A stretch of DNA of 64,000 nucleotides, taken from positions 32,001 through 96,000 of the forward strand of contig CAVPZX010000006.1 in NCBI GenBank assembly GCA_963710375.1, in the 5' to 3' direction. The translations under genes and the position numbers were made by a program. Origin of the DNA: Nitrospirota bacterium (GTDB lineage: Bacteria > Nitrospirota > Thermodesulfovibrionia > Thermodesulfovibrionales > Dissulfurispiraceae). Every line of letters begins with the position of its first letter. Position 1 is the first letter of the stretch. The notes beneath the pieces are model-generated. The model saw nothing but the letters and a program-made list of their open reading frames with translations, searched no databases and was not told the DNA's origin. Below are positions 20,089 through 29,741 of the stretch, piece after piece.

Positions 20089-20763
20089 ATGGAACCTTCC
20101 AGTATATCTACGCGAGGCGGCTTCGATAGTGAAGGGGGCTGCCGCCGGTCAAAGGAAACTGCCACGCTGATAAGAGTCTCTCCTGTTAATATTGAATCAG
20201 CACTGGCCGATGCAGTGTGTATACTCCGGCAGGGGGGGATAATCGCCTATCCTACCGAAACCTTTTACGGACTCGGAGCAAAGTATGATGTCGAGCCGGC
20301 CTTGCAGAGACTATACGATATAAAGCGACGGCCTATGGACATGGCGATGCCGCTGATCATCGGGGACATGAAGCAGTTGTTAATGCTGACGGAAAGAATC
20401 ACCGATAAGGCAGCTGCACTCATCGGAAAATTCTGGCCTGGTCCGCTCACGCTGTTGTTTGAGGCGCGCAGAGGTCTGTCTGATCTTATCGTCGTAGACA
20501 ATAAAGTGGCGGTGAGAATGCCCGGCGAATCGTTTGCACTCAGCCTTGCAATGGCCTCGGGCTTTCCGGTCGCGGCCACCAGCGCCAATATTTCAGGCAT
20601 GCCACCCGGAAAAAACATATCGATGGTGATGAATTACTTTAATGATGCTATTGACTTGATCATAGATGGCGGCGAGTTAGAGAGTATTCTGCCGTCAACC
20701 ATTGTTGATGCCACGGGCCCGGAACTACTGGTACTGCGAAAGGGATTAGTCAACATCGGGTAG
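20089..20763 (+). CDS. tsaC: L-threonylcarbamoyladenylate synthase (Sua5/YrdC); true start probably near 20160
   Basis: YPTETFYGLG, IKRR, FWPGPLT, VAVRMP, ATSANISG. Confidence 0.92.
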   Translation: MEPSSISTRGGFDSEGGCRRSKETATLIRVSPVNIESALADAVCILRQGGIIAYPTETFYGLGAKYDVEPALQRLYDIKRRPMDMAMPLIIGDMKQLLMLTERITDKAAALIGKFWPGPLTLLFEARRGLSDLIVVDNKVAVRMPGESFALSLAMASGFPVAATSANISGMPPGKNISMVMNYFNDAIDLIIDGGELESILPSTIVDATGPELLVLRKGLVNIG

Positions 20764-20891
20764 TGGCAGGTCAAGGTATAGGTTAAGGTTAAGAAGAAAA
20801 AAATCACTGTTTATTTTTTCTCCCAGCGTTTACCTGCCGTTATCCTGTTACCCCGCCATTCACTGTTCAGAACAGAACATTTAAATCAATG

Positions 20892-20987
20892 AACGATTGT
20901 TCTACAAAAGTGAATGTTCTACAAAAAACAACTATCGTTTTAAAATGTAATTTTTTTGTTGACAAAAAATAACTGATCGTTTATATT
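20892..20987 (+). promoter_or_regulatory. sigma70 promoter with operator-like repeats
   Basis: TTGACA(20959)-N17-TATATT; palindrome TTTTTTGT-TG-ACAAAAAA over the -35; TGTTCTACAAAA twice at a 17-bp period. Confidence 0.7.
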
Positions 20988-21009
20988 TATAGCAACGTGG
21001 GGGTTAATA

Positions 21010-21555
21010 ATGCTTAAGAGTTTATTTTCATCATCGATTCGGGCTGACGTGCTGTCTCTATTATTGAATAGCCCTGATGAGAAATTTTACGTGCGTGAAA
21101 TTGCAAAACTGTTGAGGAAGAACCCGTCTGGAGTGAAAAGAGAGTTGGACAAACTGGAAGAAATGGGAATCGTCTTCAGCGAGAAAGTTGCGAACCTGAA
21201 ATATTTCCAGGCCAATGACAACTCCCCCCTTTACTCCGAGCTGAAAAATCTTATCGCAAAATCTCTTGGACTCCCCGGAGCACTGAAAAGCCTTTTGAGG
21301 GCCAACAATGTGACTATCGCTTTTATTTATGGAGCATACGCCGAGGGAGAAGATGCCCCGACAGTGGATTTAATTGTTATTGGTCCTTCCACACCTTCAC
21401 TCTGGTTTGGATTAAAGGACATTGAGAAGAAGTTCGGCAAACAAATTAACTGCTCTGTTATCGAGGAATCTGATTACAAGGTACGGAAGAAGAAAGATAT
21501 CAGCTTAAAGCGTATTCTATCGGAGAAGAGAATTACTCTGTTAGGAAGGGCGTAA
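21010..21555 (+). CDS. Winged-HTH regulator fused to a degenerate minimal nucleotidyltransferase domain
   Basis: LFSSSIRADVL...FYVREIAKLL...VKRELDKLE HTH; AFIYGAYAEGEDAPTVDLIVIG resembles the MNT GS..DxD motif but is altered. Confidence 0.75.
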   Translation: MLKSLFSSSIRADVLSLLLNSPDEKFYVREIAKLLRKNPSGVKRELDKLEEMGIVFSEKVANLKYFQANDNSPLYSELKNLIAKSLGLPGALKSLLRANNVTIAFIYGAYAEGEDAPTVDLIVIGPSTPSLWFGLKDIEKKFGKQINCSVIEESDYKVRKKKDISLKRILSEKRITLLGRA

Positions 21556-21620
21556 AAACAAAGGAGACCCGGTAAGATGCTTTGCGACAGGCTTACCGGG
21601 ACTGAAAGGGGGTGAAAAAA

Positions 21621-21698
21621 ATGGCCGCAACAAAAAAGGCTCCTGCAAAAAAAGCAGCTGCAAAGACAACAGCGAAGAAGACTGCAAAAAAGAAATAA
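21621..21698 (+). CDS. 25-aa Lys/Ala-rich microprotein MAATKKAPAKKAAAKTTAKKTAKKK
   Basis: RBS AAAGGGGGTG, ATG, TAA and a terminator; below the ORF-track size cutoff. Confidence 0.7.
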   Translation: MAATKKAPAKKAAAKTTAKKTAKKK

Positions 21699-21728
21699 CA
21701 ATAGTTTTGTCGGGATGTAGAAAAAATT

Positions 21729-21793
21729 GGGGAATACCCAGATGATTTTCTTTCTTGGTAGAGTGACGGAAAATCGGGTATTCCCTCTTTTTT
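21729..21793. terminator. Large-loop hairpin between convergent genes
   Basis: GGGAATACCC...GGGTATTCCC with inner GATTTTC/GAAAATC, flanked by A and T tracts. Confidence 0.6.
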
Positions 21794-22677
21794 TATCTGT
21801 AGTTTAAAACTTGTTGGCTTGAATGGTCAACTTCAGAAATGAAACGGAAGCAATCCGGCGAGGCCATAAGCTTCTTCAGGAATCTCAGATTGGCGGTATG
21901 TCCAGCCTTTTCCAGCAGCAGATGTCCTTGGATGGGGAACCCTATAAGTGAAATATCTCCAATAGTATCAAGTATTTTATGCCGCACAAACTCATCGGAA
22001 AACCTGAGCCCCGAAGAATTCAGGATTCCTTCATCTCCCACCAGGACGGCATTGTCGAGTGAGCCGCCTTTTGCAAGCCCATTTGCCCTCAGCGCCTCTA
22101 CATCTCTCAAAAAACCGAACGTCCTCGCCGGGGCAATCTCTTTAACGAAGGTTTCTTCAGTAAGGTCGACTGTCAGTTCCTGATGACCCACAACATGGTG
22201 ATTGAAGCTTATGGAGTATGATATGCGGGTGCCGTCAAATGGAAGAGCCATTACATGAGCGTGAGAATCCTCATATACGACCGGCTTGGTGATCTTTATA
22301 TAAGATATTTTCTTACCCTGTTTCGCTATGCCGGCTTCAAGTATAAGCCCGGTAAGCTCTGTTGAACTACCATCGAGAATGGGAATTTCAGGGCCGTCTA
22401 CCTCGATCAGAAGATTATCAATTCCAAGCCCTGTGGCTGCCGCCAGAAGGTGTTCAACTGTTTTTATTCTTGTACCGTCATAGCCTATTGTTGTCGCAAA
22501 AGAGGTGTCGATTACAGAGGCCATATTGGCCCTTATTATTGTCCCCTTGTCCGTCCTGTAAAAGACGATGCCTGTATCCCGTGAAGCAGGCTTTAGCCGT
22601 ACTGTCGTATATCTGCCTGTATGAAGGCCGATACCGTGAAAAGTGGTCTCGTTCTTTATTGTCCTTTGTAATCTCAT
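21793..22677 (-). CDS. lpxC: UDP-3-O-acyl-N-acetylglucosamine deacetylase
   Basis: GIGLHTG, TVEHLLAA, PILDGSS, ARTFGF, HKILD. Confidence 0.97.
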   Translation of the reverse strand: MRLQRTIKNETTFHGIGLHTGRYTTVRLKPASRDTGIVFYRTDKGTIIRANMASVIDTSFATTIGYDGTRIKTVEHLLAAATGLGIDNLLIEVDGPEIPILDGSSTELTGLILEAGIAKQGKKISYIKITKPVVYEDSHAHVMALPFDGTRISYSISFNHHVVGHQELTVDLTEETFVKEIAPARTFGFLRDVEALRANGLAKGGSLDNAVLVGDEGILNSSGLRFSDEFVRHKILDTIGDISLIGFPIQGHLLLEKAGHTANLRFLKKLMASPDCFRFISEVDHSSQQVLNYR

Positions 22678-22692
22678 CAGAATTTATAAATT

Positions 22693-22708
22693 AGCAAGGA
22701 ATGTGCCA
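22693..22708 (-). promoter_or_regulatory. sigma54 promoter of lpxC
   Basis: TGGCACATTCCTTGCT, a near-perfect consensus. Confidence 0.8.
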
Positions 22709-22790
22709 CAAAATAAAGTAGTATAAAACAACGGTACGTTTCAGAAAAGTGTTGATAAATTGCGATTATGTGTGGTATTTGCCACAACTC

Positions 22791-24176
22791 TCAACCGACT
22801 TCTCCTCCCACTACCATTTCAGGTATCCTCAATGTCGGCATTGCATCTGATACCGGGACACCCTGGGAGTCTTTGCCGCAGGTGCCGATAGAAAAACCCA
22901 GGTCCGAGGCAACCATATCTATTGACAGTAGTACCGAGGGTCCATTTCCGGTCAGGGTGGCCCCCTTTACAGGATCAGCCGCACTACCGTTTTCGATTAT
23001 ATAACCCTCCTGAACTTCGAATACAAAATCTCCTGTTACAGTATTAACCTGACCACCGCCCATTTTTTTTACAAACAATCCGCTTGAGACCGACCTGAGC
23101 ACTTCGTCCGGCGAAAGTCTTCCCGGAGCGATCAGGGTATTTGTCATGCGTGGTATCGGCTTATTCTCATAAGATTCTCTCCTTCCGTTACCCGTCGAAT
23201 TGGTTTTGTCGATAAAGGCATTATATTTGTCATACATGTAACTATTAAGAATGCCATTACTTACCAGTACATTCTTTCTCGCAGCTGTGCCCTCATCATC
23301 CACGGAAAATGAGCCTCGCTTATTCGGGATCGTAGCATCGTCGATCACAGTGACCAGCGGAGAGGCGACGCGTGAACCGAGCTTTTTTGAGTAGACGGAT
23401 AACCCCTGCCGTGCAAGATCAGCCTCCAGGCCATGTCCGATTGCCTCATGGATCATGGTTCCTCCTGCAGACGATGATATAATGACAGGCATTCTGCCAC
23501 CTGGCGCCTTGCGTGCGCCGAGCAACATTACCGCCCGTCGGGCAGCTGTTTCAGCGAGTGTGGCCATGGGATAGGTTTCGAATAGTTCGTATCCGGCAAG
23601 CCCCCCTGCAGATTCATGTCCTGTTTGTATGGAAGCGCCATCAGCTGCAATTATATAAGCTGCGCCAGTGGTATATATACGTTCATCCTCCGTCGTTATT
23701 CCACCTGATGTGGCGATCTTCACTTTTTGCAGCGAGTCCCTGTACATGATGCTTGCCTGTCTTATCCTAGCGTCGAGAGACCGCGCGGCCTTGTTACCCT
23801 CCTGGACCAGCGCAATCTTTTTGTCGAGAGTCACTGAAGCTGGAGGTATTCTAATTGGAGAAATTGTTTCGGGCCGTTGTTGTTTCATATCTAAGATGAC
23901 ATCCAGGACCGTATCGGCTGCAGCCTTGCTGACCGTAGCAGCAAGGTCTAACAGGATGTTTTTCGAAAAATCATTGCTGAAGGCGTATGCTGTTTTTCCT
24001 TTGTAAATAAGACGGATGCCTATGCCAGAGATAGAGCCGGTAACTACTTTTTCAATCCTGTTGTCCTCAAGCTGTATCGACGTTGTCTCTTTATGCTCAA
24101 CAAAAATGTCTGCATATTCACCGCCATGTGAAAGGGCCTTTTTTAATAGCTCCTGCAAGAAGCTGTCGTCAATCAT
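22791..24176 (-). CDS. tldD: TldD/PmbA family metalloprotease
   Basis: HEAIGHGLEAD, DDEG, GNGRRES, PRMTNT, CGKDSQ; RBS GGAGG. Confidence 0.93.
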   Translation of the reverse strand: MIDDSFLQELLKKALSHGGEYADIFVEHKETTSIQLEDNRIEKVVTGSISGIGIRLIYKGKTAYAFSNDFSKNILLDLAATVSKAAADTVLDVILDMKQQRPETISPIRIPPASVTLDKKIALVQEGNKAARSLDARIRQASIMYRDSLQKVKIATSGGITTEDERIYTTGAAYIIAADGASIQTGHESAGGLAGYELFETYPMATLAETAARRAVMLLGARKAPGGRMPVIISSSAGGTMIHEAIGHGLEADLARQGLSVYSKKLGSRVASPLVTVIDDATIPNKRGSFSVDDEGTAARKNVLVSNGILNSYMYDKYNAFIDKTNSTGNGRRESYENKPIPRMTNTLIAPGRLSPDEVLRSVSSGLFVKKMGGGQVNTVTGDFVFEVQEGYIIENGSAADPVKGATLTGNGPSVLLSIDMVASDLGFSIGTCGKDSQGVPVSDAMPTLRIPEMVVGGEVG

Positions 24177-24196
24177 GCAATAAACCTCCAAATAAT

Positions 24197-24290
24197 AAAA
24201 CAGGCAATAGGTTATAGGCTATAGGCTATAGGTAAAAAAAATCAACACCCTTATCCTATAGTCTATTGCCTATAGCCCATCGCCTGTTTT
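24197..24290. repeat. Heptamer tandem-repeat hairpin (GGCTATA / TATAGCC type)
   Basis: aaaacaggcaataggttataggctataggctatagg...cctatagtctattgcctatagcccatcgcctgtttt. Confidence 0.8.
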
Positions 24291-24374
24291 GTTATTAAGT
24301 TGCACTTTCCTCGGTTTTTTAGTATCGTATTAAAGTAATATAATATTTTTCTGTTCTCACTGTGCATCATATAT

Positions 24375-24459
24375 GCCGGAGTGGCGGAATTGGCAGACGC
24401 AAGGGACTTAAAATCCCTCGAAACCTAGTTTCGTACGAGTTCAAGTCTCGTCTCCGGCA
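24375..24459 (+). tRNA. tRNA-Leu (TAA)
   Basis: GCCGGAG acceptor stem, AGGGA-CTTAAAA-TCCCT anticodon arm, long variable arm, GTTCAAG T-loop; CCA not encoded. Confidence 0.96.
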
Positions 24460-24491
24460 CTAAGTCGCAGCACGAAAGGGAGATAGCTGCA

Positions 24492-25358
24492 ATGAAGCGA
24501 AGTATAACAAAGGCTATATTGCCCGCCGCAGGGCTTGGTACACGTTTTTTGCCGGCTACCAAGGCATCACCCAAAGAAATGATGCCTATTATTGACAAAC
24601 CTCTGATTCAGTATGCAGTTGAAGAGGCCATGTCCTGCGGTATAGAGGAGTTCGTTGTTATAACAGGTAAGTATAAACGTGCCATAGAGGACCATTTCGA
24701 TTCCGCTTATGAGTTGGAAGAGAAACTCAGGAACTCGGGCAAAAAGAAACTGCTCGAAGAGATCAACAAGCTCAGCCATATCAACTTTGCTTATATCCGG
24801 CAGCGCGTTGCGCTTGGCCTGGGACATGCGATTCTATGTGCCAAACCTTTTGTCAAGGATGAGCCTTTTGTTGTTATACTGAGTGATGATGTTGTAGATC
24901 CGGATTATCCTTTGCTTCAGGAAATGATTCGGGTATATGATGAATTAAAATGCCCGGTGGTCGCTCTTCAGGAGGTCCCCCAATCGGAGGTGTCCAGGTA
25001 CGGTATTATTGACGGAACGGTCGATGGAGGGGTTTATAAGATAAGGAACCTTGTAGAGAAGCCTAAACCCCAGGAAGCCCCGTCAAATTTGGCTATAATT
25101 GGAAGGTATATCCTTACCCCGGATATTTTTGATATTCTTGAAAAACAGAAACCAGGCGCCGGTGGAGAGATACAGCTTACCGATGCGCTGAGGGAACTGC
25201 TGAACAGACGCGTTATTTATGGGTATTTGATAAAAGGCGATAGGTATGATGCAGGCGATAAAATGGGATATTTGAAAGCAATCGTTGATTTTGCACTTAA
25301 AAACAAGGAATTATCTGAGGGTTTCAGGCGGTACCTGATCCAGAAGTTGAAGCTGTAG
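24492..25358 (+). CDS. galU: UTP-glucose-1-phosphate uridylyltransferase
   Basis: PAAGLGTRFLPATKASPKEM, LGLGHA, VEKP, GEIQLTDA. Confidence 0.96.
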   Translation: MKRSITKAILPAAGLGTRFLPATKASPKEMMPIIDKPLIQYAVEEAMSCGIEEFVVITGKYKRAIEDHFDSAYELEEKLRNSGKKKLLEEINKLSHINFAYIRQRVALGLGHAILCAKPFVKDEPFVVILSDDVVDPDYPLLQEMIRVYDELKCPVVALQEVPQSEVSRYGIIDGTVDGGVYKIRNLVEKPKPQEAPSNLAIIGRYILTPDIFDILEKQKPGAGGEIQLTDALRELLNRRVIYGYLIKGDRYDAGDKMGYLKAIVDFALKNKELSEGFRRYLIQKLKL

Positions 25359-25359
25359 T

Positions 25360-25737
25360 ATGAGAAATATACAAAAAGGGCTTTGTCTTTATCACGTTGA
25401 ATCGTCTGTATGGCCGCTGGTGGACATTTATGAAACAGGAGATGAGCTTATTTTTGAGATTGATTTGCCCGGCATGGAACCGGATGATGTATCCATAAGG
25501 GTATACGGAGATATGCTTATAATTGAAGGGATAAGAAGCGATGCCGGCGGTGAGCCCGATTTGCGCTACATATGCATGGAACGCGGCATCAGAGGGTTCA
25601 GACGAGTCATTAAGTTTCCTGTCCCGGTGAATGCTTCTTCTTCAGAGGCATTCTACTCCCGCGGCGTCATAAGCATACGGTTTCCGAAGCGGGAGCGCAA
25701 GGCTGTAAAAATTACAATTAAAAGAACCGCTGATTAA
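25360..25737 (+). CDS. Hsp20/alpha-crystallin protein
   Basis: PLVDIYET, IDLPG, MERG...FRRVI; upstream of lon. Confidence 0.88.
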   Translation: MRNIQKGLCLYHVESSVWPLVDIYETGDELIFEIDLPGMEPDDVSIRVYGDMLIIEGIRSDAGGEPDLRYICMERGIRGFRRVIKFPVPVNASSSEAFYSRGVISIRFPKRERKAVKITIKRTAD

Positions 25738-25819
25738 AAAACATGTAATGCGTGAATGAGTTGTTACTCGTGTGCGCAGATACATATGCACAAAGAACTT
25801 TGGGGGGTGTTTATAAAGC

Positions 25820-28305
25820 ATGGAGGAAGCGAAGATGGCTGAAGCTAACGATAAAGAAGAGACAAAAGAAGTTGAAATCCCCGATACAGTGCCGGTGCTG
25901 CCCGTAAGGGACATAGTAATTTTCCCTTATATGATTCTACCTCTGTTTGTGGGGAGGGACATCTCTATAAAGGCGATTGACCACGCTCTGAACACCAACA
26001 GGATGGTGCTCCTGCTGGCCCAAAAGGATTTAAATGTGGAAACGCCAACGACTGATGATCTGTATTTGATGGGAACGGTCTGTATGATCATGAGGATGCT
26101 CAAACTCCCTGACGGGCGGGTCAAAATCCTTGTCCAGGGACTAAGCAAGGCGAGGGTGAGCCGGTTTACACAGCATGAGCCCTTTTTTATGGCCGATATT
26201 GCAAAGGTCACCGAGGAAAAACCTGCTGAAACATCCATCGAGAACGAGGCATTGATCCGGAACGTCAAGGAGCAGATGGACAAGGTGGTGAACCTGGGGA
26301 AAACGGTTTTGCCGGACGTAATGGTCGTTATAGAGAATATAGAAGACCCTGGAAGGCTTGCGGATCTTATTACTGCAAACCTGGGGCTGAAGACGGACCA
26401 GGCGCAGGAAATTCTGGAAATGGCAGACCCTGTTATGCGTTTGACGAGGGTAAGTGAAATACTCGGCAGGGAAGTGCAGCTTCTTACCATTCAACAAAAA
26501 ATCCAGACTGAAGCCCGGGGTGAAATAGACAAGACTCAGAGAGAGTACTTCCTTAGAGAGCAGTTGAAAGCTATACAGCGGGAACTTGGCGATATCGATG
26601 AGCGCGCGGAAGAGGTAAGAGAATTCAAGAAAAAAATAGATGATTCAAAGATGCCTGAAAAAGTTATGAAGGAGGCGGAGAAACAGACTCAGGCGCATCG
26701 AAAAGATGCATCCCGACAGTGCGGAAGCAGGCACTATAAGGACATACCTTGAATGGCTTACCGAAATCCCATGGTCAAAGAGCACGAAAGACCAATTGGA
26801 TATAGGGAAAGCGGAAAAAGTGCTTAATGATGACCATTATGATCTTGAGAAGGTAAAAGAAAGGATCCTCGAATATCTTAGCGTACGGAAATTGAAAGAG
26901 AAAATGAAAGGGCCGATACTATGCTTTATAGGCCCCCCTGGTGTCGGCAAGACCTCGCTCGGCCGTTCGATAGCCCGTGCGCTGGGAAGGGAGTTTATAA
27001 GGGTTTCTCTTGGCGGGGTGCGTGACGAAGCGGAGATAAGAGGCCACAGGAGAACATATGTCGGCGCACTCCCGGGGCGAATAATTCAGGGTATCAAACA
27101 GGCTGGAACAAATAATCCGGTATTCATGCTTGATGAGATTGATAAAATAGGCACGGATTTCAGGGGCGATCCCTCCTCCGCGCTTCTTGAGGTGCTTGAC
27201 CCGGAGCAGAATAATTCTTTTGCAGACCATTATCTGGCTGTGCCTTTTGATCTGTCCAACGTTATGTTTATTACCACCGGAAACCTCACCGACACGATTC
27301 CGGGGCCGCTCAGAGACAGAATGGAAATATTGTATCTGTCAGGATACACTGAGGAGGAGAAGCTCCAGATAGCGAAAAAGTACCTGGTACCTAAACAGCT
27401 TGACGAACATGGGATAACCACAAAGATACTTCAGATAGGCGACTCCGCTATAAAGCAAATAATATCTCACTACACGCGGGAAGCGGGGGTCAGGAATCTT
27501 GAGCGTGAGATAGCCCATCTCTGCCGTAAGGTGGCCAAGCAGGTTGCCGAGGGCAAAGCGGAGAGCTTCTCTCTGGTTGCTAAGAACGTCCATAAGTACC
27601 TTGGAGTTCAGAAGTTTCTGCCTGAAGAGGAGATGAAGGTGAATGAAGTCGGAGTCGCAACAGGTCTTGCCTGGACAGAGGCCGGCGGAGATGTTATATA
27701 CGTCGAAGCGACGATGATGAAGGGAAAGGGAAACCTTACGCTCACCGGCCAGTTGGGGGATGTCATGAAGGAGTCGGCCCAGGCAGCCCTAAGCTACATC
27801 AAGTCACGGGCCTCCGGCCTCGGACTGAGTGATGATTTATTCTCCAATATAGACATGCATATTCATGTCCCTGCCGGCGCTATCCCCAAGGACGGGCCGT
27901 CAGACTGGAATTACGATGGCCACTTCAATTGCATCTGCATTGACAGGAAGACCCGTAAGAAAGGATGTTGCAATGACCGGCGAAGTTACGTTGAGGGGCA
28001 GGGTGCTTCCAATCGGAGGACTCAAGGAAAAGACCCTTGCAGCCAAAAGGATGGGGATAAAGACCGTGTTAGTTCCTCACAGAAACAAGAAAGACCTCGA
28101 TGACCTTCCTAAATATGTTAAAGACGGGATGACATTTGTGCTCGTTGAAACTATGGACGATGTATTGAAACATGCCCTCAAACCTGCCGGTAAGGCAATA
28201 AAAAAGGTGAAGACGCTTCACAGCACAGAGCGTTCAAAGGTCAAACATGCAACTGCGCCTGATAGGAGAGTTAAGACTTCTCGAAGAAATAAGAAGAAGG
28301 TTTAA
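25820..28305 (+). CDS. lon: ATP-dependent protease La, split by two +1 frameshifts (26687 and 27904)
   Basis: Lon N-domain, [19 protein letters not shown]. Corrected junctions read [12 protein letters not shown] and the catalytic [18 protein letters not shown]. Confidence 0.93.
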
Positions 28306-29320
28306 CGTTCCTGGACAGAAAGGGGACAGCGGCATTATTATAGGCATCGGAGATGATGCCGCTGCTATTGCGCCGCCTGTAGAAAACATTGAAAGACTGC
28401 TTGTTACCACCGATCTCATGCATGAAGGGGTCCATTTTGATTTAAGTTATACAGCCCCGTTCCATCTGGGGTTTAAGCTGGTCTCGGTCAATGTGAGCGA
28501 CATAATGGCGATGGGTGGATCTCCCCGCTACCTTCTGCTTACCGCTTCCCTGAAAGAAGATACGGATGAAACCTTTTTCCGGGAGTTTTACGACGGAGTT
28601 TCACGCGCCCTACAGCAATACGGCCTGGCACTTATAGGCGGAGATTTATCTTCTGCCCGGAATGATATGGTTTTTTCTGCGACGGTTATAGGCTACGCAG
28701 GCAAACCTATTACGCGGGGCGGCGCTGTCCCCGGCGACAGAATTTACGTGACTTCGGCAACCGGTGATGCAGCGTGCGGGCTCGCTGTGCTGAGAAGGCT
28801 TGCTCCGGAATCGAAAGAAGCTGTGAAACTATGGAAGAACTTTGCAGACCCTCTGCCGGACTTGATGCTGACACATGGCGGGGGCTTCGTCAAATTCGAC
28901 GGCAATGTAGTAAGGCCGCTTTTAGCAAGGCATTTGATGCCGGTAGCCAGGGAGGTGCGTGAGTTGCTGCCGTATATTAGTTCAATGATCGATGTAAGCG
29001 ACGGCTTGTTCATAGATTTATGCAGAATATGTGATGAAAGCAATGTAGGCGCAAGGGTATATCTCGAAAAAATCCCGATATCGGAAAGCATGAGATTTGC
29101 CGCCGGCCTCATGGAGTCGTCTCCTCTGGAGTTTGCGGCTTCCGGCGGCGAGGATTATGAGCTTATGTTCACGGTTTCTCCTGAAACTGCGGAGAAGCTC
29201 GACTGTATTCATGCGTTCTGTATAGGGGAGATCACAGATAAAGAACGGGTGACCGTAGACAACTCAGGCAGGGAAGCTGCCATGAAAACAGAGGGATACC
29301 AGCACTTTGGCACTGCGTGA
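28247..29320 (+). CDS. thiL: Thiamine-monophosphate kinase
   Basis: [34 protein letters not shown]. Confidence 0.95.
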   Translation: MQLRLIGELRLLEEIRRRFNVPGQKGDSGIIIGIGDDAAAIAPPVENIERLLVTTDLMHEGVHFDLSYTAPFHLGFKLVSVNVSDIMAMGGSPRYLLLTASLKEDTDETFFREFYDGVSRALQQYGLALIGGDLSSARNDMVFSATVIGYAGKPITRGGAVPGDRIYVTSATGDAACGLAVLRRLAPESKEAVKLWKNFADPLPDLMLTHGGGFVKFDGNVVRPLLARHLMPVAREVRELLPYISSMIDVSDGLFIDLCRICDESNVGARVYLEKIPISESMRFAAGLMESSPLEFAASGGEDYELMFTVSPETAEKLDCIHAFCIGEITDKERVTVDNSGREAAMKTEGYQHFGTA

Positions 29321-29741
29321 CAAGCTTAGGGAAGTAATCAGCACCAACGATTCCCCGAAGAAGATTGCTGTTTCTTTTGCAGTGGGTGTCTTTATCGGCA
29401 TGTCACCGCTGATAGGGCTGCATACAGCGCTCGGCATCGGAGCTGCATGGTTGTTCAGGACGAACAGATTTGTTACGATTGTTGCTGTTTACATTTCAAA
29501 CCCCTGGACCGTTGTGCCGATTTACACCTTTTCAACCTGGTTAGGCACGAAACTTCTCGGTGTCGATAAAATTATTCCTCCATTGAAATGGCACTACCTG
29601 AGTTGCTCATATCTGTTCCATGAAGTGAGTTTTCTCTTTTGGCCCTTTGTTTTCGGTTCGACGGTCGTGGCGATTGTATCAGCTGCGGTTGGGTATGTTG
29701 TTGTATATCATGCAGTGGTGAAACAGAGAAAGATGATTTGA
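29307..29741 (+). CDS. DUF2062 family membrane protein
   Basis: DSPKKIAVSFAVGVFIG...SNPWT pattern. Confidence 0.8.
   Translation: MALRDKLREVISTNDSPKKIAVSFAVGVFIGMSPLIGLHTALGIGAAWLFRTNRFVTIVAVYISNPWTVVPIYTFSTWLGTKLLGVDKIIPPLKWHYLSCSYLFHEVSFLFWPFVFGSTVVAIVSAAVGYVVVYHAVVKQRKMI

Noticed and set aside
25820..28305. Programmed frameshifting or true pseudogenisation of lon
   Set aside because: No slippery sequences, the protein is otherwise undecayed, and both breaks share the CAG^CT context with two unrelated genes
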